NCBI RefSeq assembly: GCF_000014785.1
Contig: NC_008340.1
Coordinates: forward strand, 2,310,001 to 2,342,000
Direction: 5' to 3'
Length of the DNA stretch: 32,000 nt
Origin: Alkalilimnicola ehrlichii MLHE-1
GTDB lineage: Bacteria > Pseudomonadota > Gammaproteobacteria > Nitrococcales > Halorhodospiraceae
Shown: one piece after another, positions 1 through 8,845 of the stretch
Position numbering within the stretch: position 1 is the first letter of the stretch
How the letters are laid out: each line of letters opens with the position of its first letter
Translations under genes and position numbers: made by a program
The notes under the pieces: model-generated
Database searches by the model: none
What the model was told of the DNA's origin: nothing
What the model saw: the letters and a program-made list of their open reading frames with translations, nothing else

Positions 1-292
1 GGGCGCACCGGACCTCCTCACGCACCATCCCCAGACTGCGGTCCTCCAGGATGCGCAGGTGATCGTCCGAAATCGGCGCCCAGAAGCTGGGCCAGCCGGA
101 GCCGGAGTCATACTTGGCCCTGCTGGAGAACAACGGCGCATCACAGCACACGCAGTGATAGGTGCCCGGCTCCTTGCAATGGTAGTAGGCGCCGGAGAAC
201 GGTTGCTCCGTGCCCCCCTGGCGACAAACCGCGTATTGCTCATCCGTCAATTGCGCCCGCCACTCGGCATCGCTCTTCTCCACCTCAACCAT
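1..292 (-). CDS. msrB: Peptide-methionine (R)-S-oxide reductase MsrB, 3' truncated by the window edge
   Basis: Reverse-strand translation from ATG at 292 gives MVEVEKSDAEWRAQLTDEQYAVCRQGGTEQPFSGAYYHCKEPGTYHCVCCDAPLFSSRAKYDSGSGWPSFWAPI..., with the CxxC and SGSGWPSF motifs of MsrB. AGGAGG lies upstream of the ATG. Not in the ORF track. Confidence 0.93.
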   Translation of the reverse strand, partial: MVEVEKSDAEWRAQLTDEQYAVCRQGGTEQPFSGAYYHCKEPGTYHCVCCDAPLFSSRAKYDSGSGWPSFWAPISDDHLRILEDRSLGMVREEVRCA

Positions 293-365
293 GATCTCTC
301 TCCTCCTGCTGTTCGGTCGGGAGGGCGTTTGGCCCCTGCGCGCTCTTTACCCCGGAAGCATGGCG

Positions 366-1091
366 CTAGTCGCACGCGATCGCCACCAGCCGGGGCAGCC
401 ATTCCGCCGCCTTGCCCCGCAGGCGGTAGAGGGTGCGCCCCTTCAGGGGGGTGGGTTCCGGGTTGATCTCCACCACCGGAACGCCGGCGGCCAGGGCCTC
501 CGCCGGCAGCGAGGCCGCCGGCTGAACCAACGTCGATGTGCCCACGCTGAGCACCAGGTCCGCCTCGGAGACGGCGCCAAGGGCGCGCCGCAGGGCCGGC
601 TCCGGGAGCATCTCACCGAACCAGACCACGTCGGGCCGCAGCGGACCGCCGCACTGGGCACAGACCCGCGCCGGCGTCTCCGCCCGCTCACCACAATGGT
701 GGCAGCGGTCGCGGTCGATCCGGCCGTGCAGTTCCACCACGTTCCGGCTACCGGCCCGCTGGTGCAGCCCGTCCACGTTCTGGGTGACGATCACCAGCGC
801 TGCACACGCCGCCTCCCAGCGCGCCAGCGCCTGGTGCCCGGCGTGGGGCCGGGCCTTGGCCACCTGCTCCCGGCGCCAGGCGTACCAGTCCAGCACCCGT
901 TGTGGATGGCGCTCAAAGGCCTCCGGGGTGGCCAGTTCCACGGGGTCGAACCGGGCCCACAGACCGCTCTGCGCCTCCCGGAAGGTGGGCACGCCGCTCT
1001 CGGCGGACATGCCGGCGCCGGTGAGCACCACCGGCCGGCGAGCGCCCCGCAGGTGTTCCATCAGGTCCGTATCAAGGGGCACGTTGGCCAC
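366..1091 (-). CDS. cobB: Sir2-family NAD-dependent protein deacylase (CobB-like)
   Basis: TGAGMSAESGVPTFR, TQNVDGLHQRAG, VVELHG, Cys4 zinc site (CHHC...CAQC), GTS and INPEPT motifs. A YAWR sequence matches the YxxR signature of acyl-selective class III sirtuins. Confidence 0.95.
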   Translation of the reverse strand: MANVPLDTDLMEHLRGARRPVVLTGAGMSAESGVPTFREAQSGLWARFDPVELATPEAFERHPQRVLDWYAWRREQVAKARPHAGHQALARWEAACAALVIVTQNVDGLHQRAGSRNVVELHGRIDRDRCHHCGERAETPARVCAQCGGPLRPDVVWFGEMLPEPALRRALGAVSEADLVLSVGTSTLVQPAASLPAEALAAGVPVVEINPEPTPLKGRTLYRLRGKAAEWLPRLVAIACD

Positions 1092-1165
1092 ATCCCACTC
1101 CCGCTTTCGCTACAATGGCCCACCGCGACAGCATGACCCATCAGCCAGAGGGAACCCAAGCGATC

Positions 1166-2380
1166 ATGAGCGAGATCATCCTCATCAACGTCTCCGGCCA
1201 GGACCAACCCGGGCTTACCTCCTCGCTGATGGGCATCCTGGCCGAATACAACGTGGGCATCCTGGATATCGGCCAGGCGATGATCCATGACACCCTCTCC
1301 CTCGGCATCCTCATCGAGGTGCCGGAGGAGGCCAATGTCTCGCCGGTGCTCAAGGATGTGCTCTTCCACCTGCATGAGAAGGGGATGCAGGTGCGCTTCA
1401 CCCCGGTCAGCGCCGAGGACTACAGCGCCTGGGTGGCCGGGGCCGGCCGCGCCCGTTACATCATCACCCTGCTGGGCCGGCGGATCACCGCCGAGCAGAT
1501 CGCCCGCATCGCCAGTGTGATCAGCGCCCAGGGCCAGAACATCGAGGATGTCATCCGGCTCTCCGGCCGCCGCCCCCTGCACAAGGCGGATGAACGCTCC
1601 CGCGCCTGTATCGAGCTGACGGTGCGCGGCCAGCCGGTGGACCTGGATACCATGAAGCGGGACTTTCTGGAGATCTCCGGCCAACTGGGCATCGATATCT
1701 CCTTCCAGGAGGACAACGTCTATCGTCGCAACCGGCGCCTGGTGGCCTTCGACATGGATTCCACCCTGATCCAGCAGGAGGTCATTGACGAGATGGCCAA
1801 GGCGGCGGGCGTGGGCGATCAGGTTTCGGCGGTGACCGCGGCCGCCATGCGCGGCGAGATCGATTTCAAGGAGAGCCTGCGCCAGCGGGTGGCCTGTCTG
1901 GAGGGGCTGCCGGAGTCCACCCTGCGGAGCGTGGCCGACCGCCTGACCCTCACCGAGGGGGCGGAACGCCTGGTGCGCACCCTGAAAAGCTTTGGCTACC
2001 GCACGGCGATCATCTCCGGCGGCTTCACCTACTTTGGGCGCATGCTGCAGGAGCGCCTGGCGATCGACTACGTGTTCGCCAACGAGTTGGAGATCGAGAA
2101 TGGCCTGCTGACCGGCCGGGTCACCGGCCCGATCGTGGACGGCCCGCGCAAGGCCGAGCTGTTGCGCGAGATCGCTCAGCGCGAGCAGATCCGGCTGGAG
2201 CAGGTGATCGCCATCGGCGACGGCGCCAACGACCTGCCCATGCTGCGTCTGGCCGGCCTGGGCATCGCCTTCCACGCCAAACCGGTGGTACGGGAGAGCG
2301 CCCGCCAGTCCATCTCCACGCTGGGCCTGGACGCCACCCTCTACCTGATGGGTATCAAGGATACCGAGACACCGGCCTGA
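1166..2380 (+). CDS. serB: Phosphoserine phosphatase with N-terminal ACT-like domains
   Basis: FDMDSTLIQQEVIDEMA, VSAVTAAAMRGEIDFKESLRQRV, SGGFTYF and GDGANDLPML HAD motifs. The N-terminal region resembles ACT domains. Start set at MSEIILINVSGQDQPG, inside the 1115 ORF. Confidence 0.95.
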   Translation: MSEIILINVSGQDQPGLTSSLMGILAEYNVGILDIGQAMIHDTLSLGILIEVPEEANVSPVLKDVLFHLHEKGMQVRFTPVSAEDYSAWVAGAGRARYIITLLGRRITAEQIARIASVISAQGQNIEDVIRLSGRRPLHKADERSRACIELTVRGQPVDLDTMKRDFLEISGQLGIDISFQEDNVYRRNRRLVAFDMDSTLIQQEVIDEMAKAAGVGDQVSAVTAAAMRGEIDFKESLRQRVACLEGLPESTLRSVADRLTLTEGAERLVRTLKSFGYRTAIISGGFTYFGRMLQERLAIDYVFANELEIENGLLTGRVTGPIVDGPRKAELLREIAQREQIRLEQVIAIGDGANDLPMLRLAGLGIAFHAKPVVRESARQSISTLGLDATLYLMGIKDTETPA

Positions 2381-2576
2381 GTCGATGGCGGGCGGGGTGT
2401 TCCGGTGGGCCGCCTTGCGCGCACCGAGCAACGCAGGGAAAAATCGGGAAAAGCGCGTGCCTGTTCGAGCGAAGCGAGTTCACGCGCGCCGATTTTTCCC
2501 GAGTAGCGCAGGGCACCCCGAAGGGGTGCGCGCTTGAAGGCCCACCGGAACACCCCGCCCGCCATCGACTCAGGCC
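2374..2576. repeat. ~203-bp nested inverted repeat (MITE/REP-like or structured RNA element)
   Basis: Perfect 38-bp arms 2374-2411 and 2539-2576, then inner complementary pairs 2417-2425/2525-2533, 2436-2447/2489-2500 and 2453-2459/2481-2487. An alternative local hairpin is GCACCCC-GAA-GGGGTGC at 2513-2529. Confidence 0.9.
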
Positions 2577-2666
2577 AGACTCAATCGGCGTTTACGGTGT
2601 CGACCTATTTGCAGATAATCCATCAGGGGAATCGGTGTTGGGACGCCAAGAACACAAGGGGGCGAA

Positions 2667-3725
2667 ATGAGCTGTCCAGGTTGCGAGAAGGTCCCGAAGC
2701 AACCGCAGGGTGCGGGAACACTCTACATCCTGCCCGCCCAACCGCACGCGGCCGCCACCATCGTCGAGGCCCTGGTGGGCGACGGCCTGACGCCAGAGCA
2801 GCACGGCGACTCGATCCTAGCCGTGCCGGTGGAGCCCGGGGCGTTGAACCGGATCATGGCGCTGCTCGGCGGTGCCCTGACGCCACAGGAGCAGGCCGCC
2901 TGCCAGGCGAATTTCTTCGCCGACGGCGGCGACTGGTCCCCCGAGACGCTGCTGGCGACCCGCCCGCTGGACGTGCTGGTGGCGCGCAGTCAGTTTGTCT
3001 GGCTGAACGAACTGATCGAGGACCTGCGGCTGCAGATGCACTTTCAGCCCATCGTCCACGCCGATGATGGCCGCACGATCTTCGCCTACGAATCGCTGGC
3101 CCGCGGCCTGGACCACGCGGGGCAATTGATCTCCCCGGGCCGGCTCTTCCCCGCAGCGCGGGCGGCCAATCTCCTGTTTCACCTGGATCGGGCGGCACGC
3201 ATCAGCGCCATCCGACAATCCCACCAGCACCGTATCCAGCAGCCGGTGTTCATCAACTTCAATCCCACCGCCATCTACGACCCGGGCTTCTGCCTGCGTA
3301 CCACCTTCAAGGAGGTCCGGCGGCTGGGCATCGACCCGGCCAATTTCGTCTTCGAGGTGGTGGAGACCGACTCGGTGACCGACGAGACCCACCTCAAGTC
3401 CATCCTCGAGGAGTACCGCCGGCAGGGCTTTCGTATCGCACTGGATGACCTGGGGGCGGGATTCGGCTCACTGACACTGCTGAAACAGATCCGCCCCGAC
3501 TTCATCAAACTGGACCGGGAACTGGTGGACGGGGTGCACTGGGACAACTACAAGGCGTCCATCACCGCGCACCTGATCCGCATGGGCAAGGATCTGCAGG
3601 TCCGGATCATCGCCGAGGGCATCGAACAGCCGGAGGATTGGCACTGGCTGCGCGAGCGCGGCGTGGACTACGTCCAGGGTTTCCACTTCGCCCGGCCCGC
3701 CTCACCGCCTCCCGTCCTGGGCTGA
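2667..3725 (+). CDS. EAL-domain cyclic-di-GMP phosphodiesterase-like protein with a distinct N-terminal region (MSCPGC...)
   Basis: YESLAR (ExLxR), FINFNPTAIYDP, FEVVETD, ALDDLGAGFGSL, DFIKLD and IAEGIEQPEDW...VQGFHFARP motifs. AAGGGGG precedes the ATG. Confidence 0.92.
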   Translation: MSCPGCEKVPKQPQGAGTLYILPAQPHAAATIVEALVGDGLTPEQHGDSILAVPVEPGALNRIMALLGGALTPQEQAACQANFFADGGDWSPETLLATRPLDVLVARSQFVWLNELIEDLRLQMHFQPIVHADDGRTIFAYESLARGLDHAGQLISPGRLFPAARAANLLFHLDRAARISAIRQSHQHRIQQPVFINFNPTAIYDPGFCLRTTFKEVRRLGIDPANFVFEVVETDSVTDETHLKSILEEYRRQGFRIALDDLGAGFGSLTLLKQIRPDFIKLDRELVDGVHWDNYKASITAHLIRMGKDLQVRIIAEGIEQPEDWHWLRERGVDYVQGFHFARPASPPPVLG

Positions 3726-3739
3726 GGCCGCCCCGCACC

Positions 3740-5197
3740 TCAACCCAGTCCGTGGCGCCGCAGCTTGCGGTAAAGGGTCCGCTCACTCACCCCGAGCAGG
3801 CGGGCCAGGCTGGCCCGGTCGCCCTGATGCAGGGCCAGTGCCCGGCCCAGATAGTGCGCCTCCGCCTCCTCCAGGCTCAGCAGCTCGTCCTCCGGCAGCA
3901 CCGCAAGCCCCTGCCGCCCCCTGACCTCTGGTGACAGGTGCTCTGGCAGGATCTCCGGGCCGTCCGCCAGCAGGCTCGCACGCTCCAGGACATTGCGCAG
4001 CTCGCGGACATTGCCCGGAAAGTCATAGCCCTGGAGCTCCGCCAATGCCTCGTCGGAGAGATACCGCCCCTGGCCGTACTGCAGCCGGCGCAGGATGGCC
4101 TGACAGAGCAGCGGCAGGTCATCCAGCCGCGCGCGCAGTGGCGGCACATCGATGGGAAAGGTGGAGATCCGGTAGTAGAGGTCTTCGCGGAACTGGCCCT
4201 GCTCCACCATCCGCCGCAAGTCGCGGTGGGTGGCCGCCACGAGGCGGAAATCGGCCCGCCGCGGCTCGACACTGCCCACCCGGCGGAAGCTGCGAGTCTC
4301 CAGCAGGCGCAGCAGCTTGACCTGGAGGGCCAGGGGGATATCCCCCACCTCGTCGAGGAAGAGCGTCCCGCCCGAGGCCGCCTCCACCAGGCCGATCCGC
4401 GAGGAGACCGCACCGGTGAACGAGCCCTTCTCATGACCGAACAGCTCGCTCTCGAACAGGGTCTCGGTGAGCCCCGAGCAGTCCACCGGCACGAAAGGCG
4501 CCTCCTGGCGCAGGCTGGCCTGGTGCACGGCACGGGCCACCAACTCCTTGCCGGTCCCGGTCTCGCCCTGCAGCAGCACAGAGGCATCGCTGGGGGCGGC
4601 CCGGCTGATCAGCCCAAGCATCCGGTTGAAGGCGCGGCAGCGGCCGGTCAGCTCACCGCCGTTGGCCTGGGCACTGGCCACCGGCAGCCGGCGCAACACC
4701 TCAATAAAGAACTGCACCTGCCCGTCCGGCCCGGGGACCGGCCAGGTCTCCACATCCACGTGCTCCTGACCCTCAGGGCCATGATGGACGTGCAGCACCC
4801 GGTGCCGCCGCCCGGAGCGCAAGGACTCGCGCAGCGGACAGGCCTCACCGGCCTGGTCACAGGGGACGTTGTAGTGGTGGGAGACCTCGAAACAGCGCTG
4901 CCCCCGGTCGATGGGGGCATCGCCGTAGAGGCGTTGGTAGGCGTCGTTGGCCGCGACGATCACGTAGTCGAGGCCGATCAGGATGGCCGCCTCGTCAAAG
5001 GCCTCCAGCATCGCCCGCGCATCGGGCTGCCAGCGCCCGGTGCCCCCTGCCGTGCCCACCTGCTCCGGTAGCCGGCACTCACCCTCTTCCTTGAGCGGGC
5101 AGGGTTCCACCTCGGCATCCCGCAGGATGCATTGATCGGGGGCGTTGCGGGCACAGGGGCCACGAGGATCGTCACTCATGGCCCCATGATAGCCCAT
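3740..5197 (-). CDS. Sigma54-dependent transcriptional activator: Cys-rich N-terminus, PAS domain, AAA+ domain, Fis-type HTH
   Basis: [15 protein letters not shown] (Walker A), [29 protein letters not shown] (Walker B), [16 protein letters not shown]-terminal [26 protein letters not shown]. Start at 5197 is supported by GGAGGGGGTA-ATG. Confidence 0.95.
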   Translation of the reverse strand: MGYHGAMSDDPRGPCARNAPDQCILRDAEVEPCPLKEEGECRLPEQVGTAGGTGRWQPDARAMLEAFDEAAILIGLDYVIVAANDAYQRLYGDAPIDRGQRCFEVSHHYNVPCDQAGEACPLRESLRSGRRHRVLHVHHGPEGQEHVDVETWPVPGPDGQVQFFIEVLRRLPVASAQANGGELTGRCRAFNRMLGLISRAAPSDASVLLQGETGTGKELVARAVHQASLRQEAPFVPVDCSGLTETLFESELFGHEKGSFTGAVSSRIGLVEAASGGTLFLDEVGDIPLALQVKLLRLLETRSFRRVGSVEPRRADFRLVAATHRDLRRMVEQGQFREDLYYRISTFPIDVPPLRARLDDLPLLCQAILRRLQYGQGRYLSDEALAELQGYDFPGNVRELRNVLERASLLADGPEILPEHLSPEVRGRQGLAVLPEDELLSLEEAEAHYLGRALALHQGDRASLARLLGVSERTLYRKLRRHGLG

Positions 5198-5214
5198 TAC
5201 CCCCTCCTTCGGCC

Positions 5215-6216
5215 TCAGTGATAACCCTCGCCAGGGCGCACCTTGCCGCGGAAGACCCAGTAGGTCCAGGCGGTATACCCCATGACCACGGGCAGCAAGA
5301 GGAGCATGCCCACCAGCAGGAAGAGCTGGGCATCCGGGCTGGACGAGGCATCCCAGAAGGTGTGGTGCGGCGGCACCGCGTAGGGCCACATGCTGATCAG
5401 CAGACCCACGTAGAAGGTGGCAAACAGGGCCATGGCGGCAACGAAGGGCGTCCCCTCCTGGCGCTGCTGCAAGGCCCGCCACAACCAGTAGCTGACCAGC
5501 AGCGTCACCACCGGGAAGAGCCACAACCAGTTCAGGTTATCCAGCCACCGGCTCATGACCTCGGCATGGGCCAACGGGGTCCACAGGCTGACGATGACGA
5601 AGAAGGCCAACACGGCCAGGAGCGTACGGCTGGCGACCCGGCGTGCCCAGTCCTGCAGCTCCCCCTCGGTCTTCATGATCAGCCAGGTGGCGCCCAACAG
5701 CGCGTAGCCGGCCACCACGCCGAGACCGGTCATCACGACGAACGGCGTCAGCCAGTCCAGCGGACCGCCCACATAGGTGAAGCCTTCGGTCTCGAAACCC
5801 TGGATGTAGGCCCCGACCACGGCGCCCTGGGCGAAGGAGGCCACCCCGGAACCCAGGGTGAAGGCCCAGTTCCAGAAGGGCCGGGAACGGTTCGCCTTGG
5901 CCCGGAACTCGAACGCCACCCCGCGGAAGATCAAGCCCGCCAGAAGCAGGAAGACACCGATGTAGAGCGCCGGCAGAAAGACCGAGTAGACCAGCGGGAA
6001 GGCGCCCAGCAGGCCGGCACCACCCAGCACCAGCCAGGTCTCGTTGCCGTCCCACACCGGGGCCACCGAGTCCATCATCAGGTCACGCTCCTCCTCGCCG
6101 GGGGCGAAGGGATAGAGAATCCCCACGCCCAGGTCGAAGCCGTCGAGCAGGACGTACATGAACACGCCCAGCCCGATAATGGCAATCCAGACCAGAGTCA
6201 GATCAATCAATTCCAT
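5215..6216 (-). CDS. cydB: Cytochrome bd-type ubiquinol oxidase subunit II (CydB/CioB)
   Basis: Starts MELIDLTLVWIAIIGLGVFMYVLLDGFDLGVGILYP and contains MMDSVAPVWDGNETWLVLGG. Multi-spanning protein immediately downstream of subunit I. Confidence 0.95.
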   Translation of the reverse strand: MELIDLTLVWIAIIGLGVFMYVLLDGFDLGVGILYPFAPGEEERDLMMDSVAPVWDGNETWLVLGGAGLLGAFPLVYSVFLPALYIGVFLLLAGLIFRGVAFEFRAKANRSRPFWNWAFTLGSGVASFAQGAVVGAYIQGFETEGFTYVGGPLDWLTPFVVMTGLGVVAGYALLGATWLIMKTEGELQDWARRVASRTLLAVLAFFVIVSLWTPLAHAEVMSRWLDNLNWLWLFPVVTLLVSYWLWRALQQRQEGTPFVAAMALFATFYVGLLISMWPYAVPPHHTFWDASSSPDAQLFLLVGMLLLLPVVMGYTAWTYWVFRGKVRPGEGYH

Positions 6217-6223
6217 GGTGTTG

Positions 6224-7636
6224 TTACCTCCCGCTGGGCTGCGGCATCTCATCATCAAAAGTGGTACCGGCGGCGGACATCGGCCGCTTGGGGTGACCCC
6301 CTTCGCTGGGTGTCTCCACCTCAATCGCTTCCGGACCCTTGCGCACCACTCGGGTGACGTAATAGACGCCCGCACTGAAGACCACGGCGTAGACCGCCAC
6401 GTAGCCGATGAGCGAGAACAGGGCCATCCCCCCGGTAAGCGAGGGCGAGACCGCCTCCTCATACCGCATGATGCCGTGCACCACCCAGGGCATGCGCCCG
6501 ACCTCGGTGACAAACCAGCCGGACAGCACCGCCAGGAAGGGCGCGGGGATCATCCAGGAAAAGCCGCGCAGCAGCTTCTCAGACTCCCACAGGGTGCCAC
6601 GCCACTGCTTCCAGGCGCCCACCAGCGCCATCACGATCATCAGCAGGCCGATGCCCACCATGATGCGGAAGGCCCAGAAGACGATGGGCATATTGGGCCG
6701 GTCCTCCGGTGCCCAATCCTTCAGGCCGTGCACCTCGCCATCCAGGGAGTGGGTCAGGATCAGGCTGGCACCGTAGGGGATGCCGATCTCCATGAAGTTG
6801 CGCTCCTGCTCCATGCTCGGGATGGCGAAAAGCAGCAACGGCGCACCCGACTGGGTCTCCCAGGTGCCCTCCATGGCGGCCACCTTCTCCGGCTGATGCT
6901 CGAAGGTGTTCAGGCCATGGATGTCACCTACCACCAGCTGAGCCGGCGCAACGATGGCGAGCAGCACCAGGGTCATGCCCAGCGCCTTGCGCGACTCCAC
7001 CACCGCGCGGTCGCGGAGCAGATACCAGGCACTCACCCCCGCGACCACGAAACCGGCAGTCAGGAAGGAGGCCAATGCCATGTGGAAGAAACGCGGCCAG
7101 AAGGAAGGATTGAAGATCGCCTCCATCCAGGACGTTATCTGGAACACCCCGCCCTGAAGCTCAACGCCCGCCGGGGTTTGCATCCAGCTATTGGCCGAGA
7201 GGATCCAGAAGGATGAGATAAACGTCCCGATGGCCACCATGCAGGCCGCGAAAAGGTGTGTGCCCCGGGGCACTTTATTACGCCCGAAAAGCAGGATGCC
7301 CAGGAACACCGCCTCGAGGAAGAAGGCCGTGATCACCTCGTAGCTGAGGATAGGCCCAAGGAAATTGGCCGAGGCGTATGAGAACGCGCTCCAGTTCGTG
7401 CCGAACTGGAACGACATGACGATACCCGAAACCACGCCCATACCGAAGACCACGGCAAAGACCTGGGTCCAGAACTTGGCCAAGCGCTCGTACACGGGGT
7501 TGCCGGTGCGGTACAGCAGCCCCTCCAGGGCAGCGATGTACGATGCCAACCCGATGGTGAACACCGGGAATATGGCGTGGAAGGACACCACGAACCCGAA
7601 CTGTAGTCGGGACAGGAAAACCGGATCCAGCTCCAT
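6224..7636 (-). CDS. cydA: Cytochrome bd-type ubiquinol oxidase subunit I (CydA/CioA)
   Basis: LSRLQFGFVVSFHAIFPVFTIGLASY, GMGVVSGIVMSFQFGTNW, LSANSWMQTPAGVE, GWFVTEVGRMPWVVHG. Start at 7636 with GGAGG 6 nt upstream. A short Q-loop suggests the CioA branch. Confidence 0.95.
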   Translation of the reverse strand: MELDPVFLSRLQFGFVVSFHAIFPVFTIGLASYIAALEGLLYRTGNPVYERLAKFWTQVFAVVFGMGVVSGIVMSFQFGTNWSAFSYASANFLGPILSYEVITAFFLEAVFLGILLFGRNKVPRGTHLFAACMVAIGTFISSFWILSANSWMQTPAGVELQGGVFQITSWMEAIFNPSFWPRFFHMALASFLTAGFVVAGVSAWYLLRDRAVVESRKALGMTLVLLAIVAPAQLVVGDIHGLNTFEHQPEKVAAMEGTWETQSGAPLLLFAIPSMEQERNFMEIGIPYGASLILTHSLDGEVHGLKDWAPEDRPNMPIVFWAFRIMVGIGLLMIVMALVGAWKQWRGTLWESEKLLRGFSWMIPAPFLAVLSGWFVTEVGRMPWVVHGIMRYEEAVSPSLTGGMALFSLIGYVAVYAVVFSAGVYYVTRVVRKGPEAIEVETPSEGGHPKRPMSAAGTTFDDEMPQPSGR

Positions 7637-7811
7637 TATCGACCTCCGTTGCAAAACTGCGATGCTGCAGCGAGCTGTTCGTCTGCAGCTTCAGCAAGTG
7701 CCATGCCACCGTGCAGCCGCCTGAAAGCGATGCCTGATTCCGTTTCGGGATCATGGCCTTACAAAGGACCGCCCGGCCACCGGGTGGCCGTTTGACCCGA
7801 TCGACCTGTGG

Positions 7812-7848
7812 GATATGACAGCCATGTGTGTCATATGGCTGTCATATC
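7812..7848. promoter_or_regulatory. Candidate operator: perfect 14-bp inverted repeat with extra GTCATAT half-site
   Basis: GATATGACAGCCAT (7812-7825), 9-nt spacer, ATGGCTGTCATATC (7835-7848). A further GTCATAT at 7830-7836 repeats 7841-7847. Located ~175 bp upstream of the bd oxidase start. Confidence 0.6.
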
Positions 7849-8023
7849 TGACATGATCACTAAACTCCCGAACCATGGATAACAAACGGCCTGCCTACTG
7901 CCAGCACTGACTATCATAGTCTGCCCCGGCCTCCGCACGCCCCCCTCCTGCGACAATCGGACGCAGTGCGACTGCCACTAACGACAGAGACTCAGCGTAT
8001 CGCTCTGTTATCCAACCGGAGCG

Positions 8024-8845
8024 TCAACCGGAGAAGGTCCGGTGCAGCATGAGAAGCGCGGTGATCAGGAGGAACAGGGCGAAGGCCCTTCTGAGCTGCA
8101 CGGTATTGAGATGCATGGCCAGTCTCACGCCGTAAGGGGCACAGAGCACGGTGGTCGGGGCGATCAACAGGAACCCCAGCAGACTGACATAACCCACGCT
8201 GAACGGCGGCCGCTCCGGCACCCCCATCCCGGCCCAGAGAAAGCCGATCACCCCCGGGATGGAGATGATGCAACCAATGGCCGCGGCCGTCCCCACCGAT
8301 CGGTGCATGGGGAAGCGCAGCGCCTGGAAGATGGGCACGCTCAGGGTACCCCCGCCGATGCCCATCATGGTGGAGACCGTGCCCACAAAGCCGCCAATGG
8401 CGCCCCGGACCCAGGGTCCGGGGGCCCGCTCCGCCAGGTGCGGCGGCGGTGCGGCCCGGGCCATGTTGAGGGCCACCAGCAGCCCCACGAAGCCGAACAC
8501 CCCAGTGAGGACCGCACCGGACACCCGGGCGCTCAGCAGGATGCCGAGCACCACGCCGAGCAACAGCGTCGGCCACAGTTCCCTGAGCAAGGCCACGTCC
8601 ACTGTGCCGTTGCGGTGGTGGCTGATGGCCGAGCGCAGGGAGGTGGGGACCACCACCGCCAAAGAGGTCCCCACCGCCAGGTGCATCTGCACCGCCGGGT
8701 CGACCTCCAACAGGGTGAACACGTAGAAGAGCACCGGCACGATAACGATGCCGCCCCCGACCCCCAAGAGACCGGCCATGATACCGGCCACCACCCCAGT
8801 GCCCAGCAACCCCGCCGCAAGCAATGCCAACTCCGGTGCGGTCAT
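8024..8845 (-). CDS. TauE/SafE-family sulfite exporter-like permease
   Basis: Multi-spanning protein with GIMAGLLGVGGGIVIVPVL and the repeated motif GFVGTVSTMMGIGGGTLSVPIF typical of TauE/SafE. Confidence 0.9.
   Translation of the reverse strand: MTAPELALLAAGLLGTGVVAGIMAGLLGVGGGIVIVPVLFYVFTLLEVDPAVQMHLAVGTSLAVVVPTSLRSAISHHRNGTVDVALLRELWPTLLLGVVLGILLSARVSGAVLTGVFGFVGLLVALNMARAAPPPHLAERAPGPWVRGAIGGFVGTVSTMMGIGGGTLSVPIFQALRFPMHRSVGTAAAIGCIISIPGVIGFLWAGMGVPERPPFSVGYVSLLGFLLIAPTTVLCAPYGVRLAMHLNTVQLRRAFALFLLITALLMLHRTFSG

Noticed and set aside
1061-2431. 456-aa minus-strand ORF opposite serB
   Set aside because: It is antisense to a full-motif SerB and its sequence is His/Asp/Gln-rich, typical of a GC-rich antisense shadow. 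Its N-terminus (AHRNTPPAIDSG) is just the inverted repeat.
2374-2576. Simple Rho-independent terminator for serB
   Set aside because: The structure is far longer than a terminator and lacks a T tract at the end of the outer stem. I treat it as a repeat or RNA element of unknown role.
7278-7754. 158-aa minus-strand ORF upstream and out of frame with the bd subunit I
   Set aside because: It overlaps the 5' part of cydA out of frame, is compositionally biased and has no recognised motif.
7774-7790. CGGCCAC-CGG-GTGGCCG hairpin downstream of the TauE gene
   Set aside because: Only 7-bp arms and TTT after the stem, on the strand opposite to the flanking genes. Too weak to call a terminator.
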